This document shows positions 24,496 to 34,839 of a DNA stretch of 64,000 bases, one piece after another. The DNA comes from Phoronis australis (taxonomy: Eukaryota; Animalia; Phoronida). How positions within the stretch are numbered: position 1 is the first letter of the stretch; each line of letters begins with the position of its first letter. Both the position numbers and the translations under genes were made by a program. The notes beneath the pieces are model-generated. The model was not told the DNA's origin. It saw only the letters and a program-made list of their open reading frames with translations, and did no database searches. The stretch is from NCBI GenBank assembly GCA_002633005.1, contig NMRA01000465.1:17941-81940 (forward strand), in the 5' to 3' direction.

Positions 24496-25428
24496 TAGAC
24501 AATGACCATAGCCTCTGTTGGCCCGAAGCAGAGGCAATGCAGAGGCTATAGGCGCTCTGTACGCCGGAAGCTTTTCGGCGAATTATGCCTCGCACCGACT
24601 AAACCATCAAAGTCACGTTGTTATAAATACCTTTTGCGCANCCTTACATGAGTCTTTATGACCATCAATGTCAAACTTTGTCACCAGTTTTCCAAGTCTG
24701 ATTTTTTGCCGTTCAAAAATGCAGTTTTACTGACATGAAAAAATGCAAAATATGACTTTATAGCCAAATAGGTTATATCTCGGTAACCAAAGGTCATTGA
24801 GTGCAAATATTGCAGCAGTGTACTTTGGGCAAGCATCCCAACACATGCACAAAGTATTAGTTCTGTATGAATTTTTGAGTATATAGTGATTTTTCATTTT
24901 CATATGGTTTTTATATGGAATCATTCTTAAATGTCATATCAACAGCATTTATTTTTATCAAATACAAACAATAATTCATTGAAATACAAACAGTTTCAAG
25001 TAACGCCAATTAAAGACAAGTATAAGTGGTGGCATTTTGGAAACGAACATTTGACTGACAAGACCGCAATGGCTCACCTTTGGCCTATTTAAAATTTGAG
25101 GTGATGAAGTCACATCACCTAGCGAGCGCGGTAAAAATTGGAGCGTGCGCGGTACAAAAATTTTGATTTCACGATTTTGGGAACTGAAATAGGTACTGCT
25201 CGAAGAAAAAGTTTCAAAACGGGAGTATTTGTTCGAGTTGGAAGGACTTAAACACATCGACAACCTTCTAAGGTGTTCCTCTATGCACAAAAGGTATTTA
25301 TAACAACGTGACTTTGATGGTTTAGTCGGTGCGAGGCATAATTCGCCGAAAAGCTTCCGGCGTACAGAGCGCCTATAGCCTCTGCATCGCCTCTGCTTCG
25401 GGCCAACAGAGGCGATGGTCATTGCCTA
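24496..25428. mobile_element. MITE with about 140-bp TIRs; related sequence at 26814-27207 and about 60600-61995
   Basis: 24496-24640 is a near-perfect reverse complement of about 25285-25428 (…GGCCAACAGAGGCGATGGTCATTGCCTA). A single N at 24641 marks an assembly join. Confidence 0.75.
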
Positions 25429-26813
25429 CAGGGACACTTGTAAAATAGCATATTAGGTGAAATTTGTATGAGATTTGTGTTCCGTGGACTTTTTGTTCGT
25501 CAACAGGCGTGATTTCACGTAACTTCCTCAAAGTGGCACCCAGTGAGAGAAACTCTAGCAAACCCCAACAGATTTTCATGGATATGTTCAAGTTATCTTG
25601 ACAAAATTGTATCCAGAGTAGTGGTGATATGTTAATTAGAACTCCATGTACATATATCGCAGGCGGCAAAGCACTGAAAAACTGGGGGCTCCCCTCAGAA
25701 CCTCTGTGGTGCACCGCTTATAGACCATTTGCGGCGTAGTGCTGAAAAAAGTGAGGGGGCTATAACCTCCCCTAGCCCCCTATGGTGCACCGCCCATGCC
25801 ATGTATATGCATGTTTCATTTGATTTTATTTGCTGTATTTTGAAATGAGTAACTTTTTATGGTGATGTACTATCGTCCCTGTATGCCTGCAGCATTCAGG
25901 CCATGTAATTGCCTACTTACAGCCCAGCCACTGCTAGCCCTGTTAACAAGTTAAACCGAGCTGTATGAATATTAGCATCAAAAAACACATAGGGACTAGG
26001 GCATGCAAATTTTAAATAGACCTCTGTTGTGAACACTGAAATTTCACTCCGGCTGCTCATCACTTTGTTATGACACAGCACATATAAATACCATACCGGT
26101 ATAATGAGTGCTAGGTCATATGGATTGGTCACACAGGGGAAGTGTCCGGAGAATACCATTAGGCACCAACCCGCACTCATTGTCATCAATTTCAATTATG
26201 ATAATTAGCATGGATTATTTAATGGATTTGATAAACCACTGGCCTGGCAGTAATTTGGGAACTTATGGTAGTTTCAACTGGCGCAGGCATCAGTTTGGCT
26301 CTCCAACCCTCACCGAATTGACGTGCGCCAAATCAGTTTGGCGTAGGCTGCAACGGATACACTGAGATACAGTACCACCAAAGGAAGCTATCTATGCCTC
26401 TCAGTTAGCTAACTATATTGGGATACTGGGGCTACAATAGTTCCTATCACTATCAGTTTCTGTGTACACTCATTTCATCCCCATGAATTTTAACAGGAGT
26501 AATCCAATTCCGACCACTGTGTAAGAAGTTTTCACCTCGTCAAAAATACATACCTTAAATTGTGACTTGTAAAAGCACTTAACTTTCTGATCCTTCGTGG
26601 TTCTTTGCATAATATATATATATATATACGGTAACCTCGATGAAGAATGTCTATAGGAATTAAGATGGGTTTCGCAAAGAATTCCAATTTCTAACTCCAC
26701 TTTTTGGTGGCTGTTAACTTTTTCACTGTGCGCGATAACCACGAAGCAAGGCAGGTCAGTTGACATCATGTGAGTTAGACCACTACAGGTCAGACAGAGC
26801 TGAACCTAGACAA

Positions 26814-27207
26814 TACCACCATCTCAACTGGCCAAATAAACGGTGTCAGATCCCTTAGGCCCTCCATATGCGAGAAGCTTTTCAGCAAAATACGCCTCAC
26901 ACTGATGAAACCATCAAAATCATTTTGCTGTATGACATCATATCGCTCAGCGGAAACAGTGTAAAAATGGCCAGTTGCCAATTTAGGCAACTGAACGAAA
27001 AAAATTGATTGTGGGAGTATTTGTTTGAACTGGGAAGGGTTAAAGACATCAATGATCTCCTAAGGTGTCCCTCTGTTTGAAAAAGGTACTTATGGCAATG
27101 TGACTGATGGTTTAATCAGTGTTTGGCATAATTCGCTGAAAAATTTTGCCATATGAAGTGTCTATGGGATGGCCCCCATCTCTACTGGGCCAGTTGAGAT
27201 GGTGGTA
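26814..27207. mobile_element. Older diverged member of the same long-TIR MITE family
   Basis: TACCACCATCTCAACTGGCC ... GGCCAGTTGAGATGGTGGTA; internal similarity to 25200-25428. Confidence 0.6.
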
Positions 27208-27262
27208 CTGATCTTAAGTGGAGCCATTATCTGGAGGCTGACACTTTAAAAAAGTTGGATAG

Positions 27263-29283
27263 TGAAGTATTATCTGGCCGGTTAGAGGCGATAATAAAGA
27301 CACCAGGTTTAGAACAGTAGGTTTATATTTGGAGACTAAGTACCGAGACGACTACTTCATTCACAGCAATATATGACTACGCTATATAGTAATACGATAC
27401 TACAACATCCCCCCTCTTTAGTAAATGTGGTTATAATACGGTTAGAACGTAATGATCAATGGTGATAACTTGATCTTGTAGCAGGTGCTAAGTAAGTAAG
27501 TATGATTACGCATAAGATATCTTAGTAAGCTAGTGTCCTAATATTTAAACAAAATCCTTGTAGCGAGATGGTCTTGAAGTCTTTCGCTCAGATCTCCTGA
27601 TGATGGACTCTGGTTCAGCTTAAAACTGCTGGTGTACAGCGAGAGTCCTCTGATGTGGCAGTAGATGTTGAGTGAGTAGGCGTGTCGTCGCTGAAATGAA
27701 CACGTTTCGGCATCATGTCTCGTAAATGATGTCTATTGCGGCGAAGCCTAGTGCCATTTGGGGTTTCGACGATATAACTGTCCGGATTCTCATTTTGATG
27801 TACGATGGTACCCGGGCGCCAAGTCTTGGTTTCTTTATCGAGGATTCTAACATGCTGACCACGAAACAAGCTTGGAAGCGATTGTTTAAAGCATTGTTTG
27901 TCATGATGGTCCTTCATGTTTGTAGCTCGTTCATCCAATCTTCTGCGATGTGCATCCTCACCAGGTTCAGAGCGGCTCGGTAGAGTCGTGACTATTGGTC
28001 GGCCAAATAGCAATTCTGCTCATGATGGAAGTTTTGCGTCAATCGGAGTGGCTCTGAGCTGAAGCATTGCTAAGGCGATATCAGACTTTTGTCGTAAGCA
28101 CTTCTTCACAACAGACTTAATGTGTCTTACATGGCGTTCGATGAAGCCATTGCTGCGGAAGTAGTGAGATGAGCTGGTGACATGCTTGATGCCCCAAGAG
28201 GTGACAAATGCTTTGAAAGCTGAACCAGTGTATTGTGGTCCGTTGTCAGTCATAATTTCGTCTGGTTTTCCAAACATAGAGCAGTAGTCTCTAATCTTTG
28301 TGGTTATAGCATGACTGGTCACTGACGTTTTCATTTCGTCAACTACAGGGTATTTCGAATATCTGTCAACGGTCAGCAAGAATTGTCTGCCATCAATCTC
28401 GAATAGGTCAGATGCGATTCACTGCCATGGTCTGGAAGGTATATCATGGGGGTTGAGTGGTTGTCGTGGATTGGCATCTTGGAACTCCTGGCACTAAGTG
28501 GGCACGACTTGCATAGTCGGTCAATGTCTGCATTGGTATTTACCCAGTATACACTTTCTCGGGCTAACCGTCGGGTCTTCTCGACGCCTTGGTGCCCTTC
28601 GTGGAGTTGCCGTAAGATGTCGTCTCTCATCTGTTCAGGTATCAGAACTTGTCGTCCCTTGAACAGGATTCCGAATTCGACAGCTAGTTCGTCCTTGAAG
28701 GCCCAGTAGGGACGTGCCTGCTCAGGTAAGTCTTTTATGGTCTTGGGCCATCCTTGATAGACAATCTCCTTGATCAGGTTCAGCGTAGAGTCTTGGGTTG
28801 TCTCCACTCTAAGTCTCTCTCTCTTGTGGTCAGAGAAGTTAATGATGGCCATGTCAATGATCAGAGGATCATCGAGGTTGAGATTGACACCATCAATGCG
28901 TTCATCTAACTCGATTGTCGCACCATTTTCAGGGCTTAGTAGTCTACTCAGGGTATCGGCTAGAGTCATCTGGCTACCTGGTCTGTATACTACCTGGAAG
29001 TTGTACCCTTGTATCTTTAGTAGCATTCTTTGCAACCGTGGTGGAGCTGAGTGGAGTGGTTTCGAACATATACTGACAAGCGACTTATGGTCAGTTATCA
29101 CGAGGAATGAAGTTCCGTACAAGTAGGTGTGATACCTCTGTGTGCCATACAAAATGGCTAACATTTCGCGCTCGATGTTGGAATATCGAGACTGACAGTC
29201 GGTGAGCGTTTTGGACCCAAATGCTGCTGGTTTGCCATCTTGAGTCAATGCCACACGCTACATAGTAATGCGATACTACAACA
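27263..29283 (-). mobile_element. Internally deleted Ty3/Gypsy LTR retrotransposon (RNase H, integrase, PPT, 145-bp 3' LTR)
   Basis: Frameshifted pol pieces 28373-29254 (RYSNIEREMLA RNase H; HEGHQG...CKSC zinc finger), 28020-28379 (VDRYSK, TDNGPQY, SNGFIER) and 27615-28013. PPT at 27408-27420. 3' LTR 27263-27407 (TG...CA). The first ~30 bp of the 5' LTR are at 29254-29283. TSD GATAG at 27258-27262 and 29284-29288. Confidence 0.92.
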
Positions 29284-30069
29284 GATAGGGGAATATATGT
29301 TCAATTTTCTTGTCATTTCACGTGACAAATGAAGCAAAACCTTATAGTTAATATAGGACACAGCAAAGTGTCCAAATTTGGCCGACTGGGGAACATCATT
29401 CATCTAGTCATAAATAGCTTATCAGATCCATATGAAATTTAATACTTTTCGCACTATTCTGAAAAATTTTTTTGGTGGTATTCTACTTTTGCATAAGGGG
29501 TTATCAAAACAGGACTGTCTTTAAATTTACGATTTTTCGTGAAATCTGCCCAAAATGATTATTTACAAAAATGTAACAGCCTATTCACGACTTTACTTCT
29601 TGGTCATTCAAACAAAATTTGGTCATGTCATTGTTACCATTGTTTTGCTATGAATGGCATGAATGTACCTTTCTTTCTTGTTCCATTTTACAGAAAAGAC
29701 ATGATTACATGACCCAGTTAATTGCAGATTCGTATAAACTTAAACTTTAAGCAGACAATGTTTCTCAGCTCCCCCGTCAATCATCAGCAAGATGGCGTCT
29801 TCACAGCATGTTTCGGCCTTGAACTTGAACACGCTCCAACGCTAGGCCCCTGAATTTGATCAGGCTCAGGTTTGATGGGGATTCTGCCACTGTTTGCTCT
29901 TTTGTAACCGCAACCAAGAAGATGCTGATTCCACTGCGGCTGCCACCGATTTCATCATAGACTTCCTTGACTTAGTTGAAATTCCCAGCATCCTAGACAT
30001 CCTCCACATGCTTGATGCCACAAAACCTCCAGCTCCTACCTCAACTGGTAAACAGAAGCACCTCCAACC

Positions 30070-30232
30070 CAGTGGCGGATTTAGAGGGGGGCCAAGGGGG
30101 CCATGGCCCCCCCCCCCTAAAATTCTCCCAGATTCCATGTGGCAGTTGGGGTCTGCGAATGTCTGACGGGCAAAATCCTGGCTAATACTCTGCCGTGGCC
30201 CCTCCTAACTCAAAATCCTGCATCCGCCCCTG
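30070..30232. mobile_element. CAGTGGCGG...CCGCCCCTG MITE with 5-bp TSD (CAACC)
   Basis: CAACC|CAGTGGCGGAT ... ATCCGCCCCTG|CAACC; second family member at 62361-62667. Confidence 0.8.
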
Positions 30233-30237
30233 CAACC

Positions 30238-30560
30238 GTTTCTAGAGCACTCATGGCTCAGCTGGCTGTATTTCAATGCTTTCCTCTCCTGGCCTTCCTG
30301 TATCCTGATTTTCCATGGCACAGTTAACTCCACCAAGACTACCACCTTCGCAGTATCTGACCACAAAATAATGTCTGGTCTTAAAGACGTCGAAGCTATA
30401 TGGGAAGGGAATCTGCTTTGTTTCCCCAAATCTACCTCCATGCACCAATCATTAGTCCTTGATAAGATTCCTCCTGTGTTCCTGATACCCCTCTGCAGCC
30501 AAATAATCAAGTTCTGCAGCCTTTTTGCTTTAAAATCATAAGATATTGCCTGGGCTACAT
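30238..30560 (-). mobile_element. Fragment of the restriction-like endonuclease (RLE) domain of an R2-group/HERO-type non-LTR retrotransposon
   Basis: ORF 30205-30564 contains FPSHIASTSLRPDIILWS...VVLVELTVPW...ERKALKYSQL, the PD..E..K..KY signature of RLE LINEs. Confidence 0.8.
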
Positions 30561-31570
30561 ACACAGGTAATGGTCTTACTTAACTTAACAAAACTCAATG
30601 CAGTAACATCGAGAACAAAGTCGTGTTTAGGCGATTTTACAAAGAAACTGTCCATTTTTACACACAATTTACAGAGAGGAAGTTATAATGAAGGATGATA
30701 TTGCGAGCCTTGGCACTGTAAAAGCCATTTTTTCATTGTGTAACTCCAAATGCTTACTGTTCAAGTTGTGTACCACTGTTACTATCACATTACTATCATT
30801 TGGTTTGAACATGAAGATTTTATTTTATCACCAGAGTATGATTTTGTGGTCATCAATTTTTGATAATTATGATTAATTAATGAACTTATCAACTCTCCAG
30901 GGGTCACTACTGAGGAGTTAGTAATTCTCACAATCTTCATGTTCACTGGTGATGTGGTCAGGCCGCTTTAATTCCTTTTAAAAACTTTTCTAAAATTAAG
31001 AGGAGACTTCATCGCAATTTGATGCCCGTCATCTTGTTTGCAATCCACTTCCGTACCGCTGCAATTGCAATTTGATGCCAGATTCTTCTTGCTTGCAATC
31101 CACTATCGTACCGCTGCACTTCCACACCAAAATGATACGCAGCATTTCTACCAGTAACTGGAGCAAGCTTATACTTTTATGTTGAAATTTGAACTGACAT
31201 ACAACTGATAGTCACTAAAGTGTCACCAACGAATGAGCTCCCTTGTGGAGCCCTGACAAAAATTTATTTTAGCTACTTGTATTGAAATGTGTTCACAATA
31301 TTATTCCTCCGTTTTTCCACACAAAAGGTAAAAAAGTTCAGATCGATTTCCCGTAAAATGAAGCTTGACAAATTTATAGGATTTCTTGTTATTGGGTGGA
31401 TTGGTGTACAATGCTTACACATACGGCTACATGCCACTGACTTAGAGCCAGGAAATTGTTATTGTAGTTTGAGCTAATTTAATGAAATCAGGCACATCTC
31501 TTCTTCTAAACCTATCTCCTTATGCACTGTTTTCTTTCTTCCATCTCAGTATTGGTAACCATACAACTCT

Positions 31571-31748
31571 GTATAAATATAGATTATTACATGGCGAAGT
31601 CGTTATCCCCCGTTATCTAGAGCCCGAGTGGATTTTGGAGAATTATCGCCCGAGGGGCGTCAGCCCCGAGGGTGATAATTCTACAAAATCCACGAGGGCT
31701 CTAGATAAGGGGGATAACGACTGAGAACATGTAATAATCTATTTATAC
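31571..31748. repeat. About 180-bp near-perfect palindromic element (MITE-like hairpin)
   Basis: TAGATTATTACATG...CCCGAGGGGC gtca GCCCCGAGGG...CATGTAATAATCTA; arms of about 85 bp with few mismatches. Confidence 0.85.
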
Positions 31749-34700
31749 CACATACTAAACGAGAAANGCTAATATGAAAATCCAACTTCTTGAAAACTGA
31801 AAACTATTTACATCTGGAAATTATTCTAAGACCTTAGTTATTTCAACTGCTATAATCAACTAGAAATTTTAAATGTCAACTGCTGTACAACAACAGTTCT
31901 ATGGCAGTTTTTACTCAGTTGAAATCTACTTCAACAGTTGAATACACTTGAACAGTTATCCTACAGTTGTAAGATAACTGCTGTACACTGAAAAATAGCT
32001 AAAATCCAAGTTTAACATGATTGTATTTTTATGTGGGCCACCTGATCATATCACTGAAGTTGGAAGTATTTTAAGTCTTTTCATGTCATCCTGATACTAA
32101 TATCACATGTTTTTAAGATAAAATATAAATTACGCAGTCAACGCAGTCCTCTAACAAGGCACTAGACCCAAATGTTAAATGGCTTAGTACTTTATTTGCA
32201 TGCCGACACGAAGTTCGCAATCACATTGATAGGTAACTAAATTGCATTGGTCGATTGTTTTGTATTAAAATCGCGTGACTATATTTTTCCCTATTTATAA
32301 TCGATTGTTCCTGTGTCCACTCAAAGCAATCTAGAAAATATAATTATTTTTTCATTAAGCTCTTTCCACAACATTTTGGGTAAAAAATATTAGCTAAATT
32401 CCATAAGCCCAAACAAAGCATTTTCCCATGAAATAGTAAGCAACTGCAGGGCTCAGTTTGGCAACCCGGTAAAAATCCCAAGTTGCCACGAAGTCATCTG
32501 CACACATTCAGTCACGTATTTGAAATTGTGTAGCCTATCTCGTATTTTGCAATGGATGTTTGCCCAGTTCATCAGTTCTTCAATTCAGGTATTTTGAGTT
32601 TTCATTTTCTGTTGCTGCCAACTTTGTGCTGTCAGTGTGTGCCTCAGGGCTTTAGTACCTTCCATATGGTGTTTCTTTGTTTTGCCAACGTCATTCGCCA
32701 TTTAGCGATCTGGTAATTTTGCTAGGTAGTATTTGACAAGTTTAGGTTAACCATGGAACCCTGGGATGTAATGAGATAATTATACCATTTAATGGTCTGA
32801 AAAGTGTATTAACCTTGGTGAAAGTCAGTAATTATATAACATTGACAGTTGCTGTGGTATCTAATTACAGTATAGGTACTGACAGCTGTGATAATGCGAC
32901 TTTTAATGCTTTTGATAAATTTTCTTTGAAGCACTCAGATTTTCATGATTCAGTATCGAAATCTTTCTGTTCGCAAGTCACAACCTAACTTTCTGCACCA
33001 TGAGTACATCACTATAGTGAAATGTTTCTGATTTCACTTATGTTTTTGTCTCTAACACATTCAAAGCACTCAGTTTACAAATGTTCATCAAGGCACCAAT
33101 CTAGTTCCTTACATCAAATATAAAAAGGTGACTTTGTATTCAGACAAAAGTAACCTCTCCACCACGTTGTCTATTGTATGTCACTATGTGGTCTCCTTTG
33201 CCGTTTTATTTTAGATCAATGTACTCAGCAGTCTGTAGTACACCCTTGACAAAGAGCGCATCGCTCGGAACATGGGGATATTTTAATATATTTTAGTACG
33301 GACGCTCGTCGCTTTAGTTTTACTAGTTTTACTAATTTATACCATTTGAATAAAAACTCATGGGAGTTGACTGACTTACTGACTGACATGCTAGCAAATC
33401 TCCCAACTGCATATGAAACACAACCCCCTCTATGGATTTGTGAGTGTATGTTGAAAACAAGTATTGACTTTCACAATCGGTCAATGTTCTGAAAACGATT
33501 TAAAGAGAAAGTCGATAGATGTTAATCTTTTTGGAAAAATTGGTCTGTATTATGCTAAAAGCCCTTGAAAATTATAGAATATGCAATTTCCGGCTATTAT
33601 TTTGAGCACATTTTTCTGTTGGTTATTTGAGCATTCCTGCCAACTTTACTACTAAATCAACATGGAATTTGAACTTTGTGTGTTAATTTGATACAAAATT
33701 GGTGACCCTGTAAGAAAAGTCCAAGATGGTCTGTCCATGTCTCCGTACATTCTGCGTCATAAGTAGCAGTGCACAACTTTCACATTTGTCACGAGATTTC
33801 GACCAAACTTTCTGTTATGAAATAGCGTATTGCATGCCGTTGGCACCTTGCCATTTGACCACATTTTCTGAATTATGACCGTGCCGACAATTGTTATCTG
33901 ACAGTATGCAAATCAACGTGTCATGCTTAATGTGTCCAAGATGTTTTAAAAAGTATGCTTACATGAACGTACTGTGATTGTGTAAGTGGGCAGTATATTC
34001 ATGAATTGTGGCCTGTTCTAAAGCTCCCCACACCACATACTGAAGTCATCATGAGATTTTGTCATCTTTGTTCAAAAAAACACGTACATAGACTGAATTC
34101 TTATATTTTTCTTCCTCCAGCAATGGTAGCCTCACTTATTTTTGCAGTAACTTGACGTATTGAGTTACAAAGTATGTGAATAGCTTTTTATTGATAGTTT
34201 CATGCTCGTTGACTGATCGCGTGATGTTGTGGTATTATAGGAATTAGTTGCATTAAAGTTAATGAGCAAACATTGTAAGATTGGACTAATTATGGGCTTA
34301 TAATGACATATGCTAATACAAGTCCATGCGTCATTATGTCGTCTCCCAGGGAATTCTATTTTTCTGGCCTTCAGGTTGACTGTTGTTTCCCTGTTGTTTT
34401 GAGTTGCTGTTGAAAAGTGTTTTCTGAGATCTTCCACAGTGTGGTGCTGTATGATAGGCCATTGAACTCTCACCCTGTCACATGCAGTCAATGTTTTGTA
34501 TGACAACCATTCACTGTTAAGTATAGAGTCTGTTGGTTATCTGTTTGGTTTTCATTGCTAAAGAGCACTAAAGCCTGCTGAAGGTTCATAGTAGAGGAAG
34601 AAAGGTTCGTCACAGCAGTGCACGGTGTCTTCTTTGCAGTTTTATGTGAGATGATTAGCTGTTTTGTGGAGGGAGTGACAGATTGATGTTAATCACCGTA

Positions 34701-34839
34701 GTTTATTCCTTGAACTGTAGGTGGAGTGATTAGTGGTTTTATGGGGAGTCCACTCAGTTTCAACATTGTATGATATTGCATTATGGATGTTCCACTCAGT
34801 GACAGAGCTAAATGTTAATCACTGGTGTTTTCTTTCCAG

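Noticed and set aside
28446-29126. Plus-strand ORFs overlapping the Gypsy pol region
   Set aside because: Antisense shadows of the pol frame with no recognisable motifs.
29788-29845. AAGATGGCG start (YY1/Kozak-like) as a gene start
   Set aside because: The frame stops after 17 codons with no splice donor.
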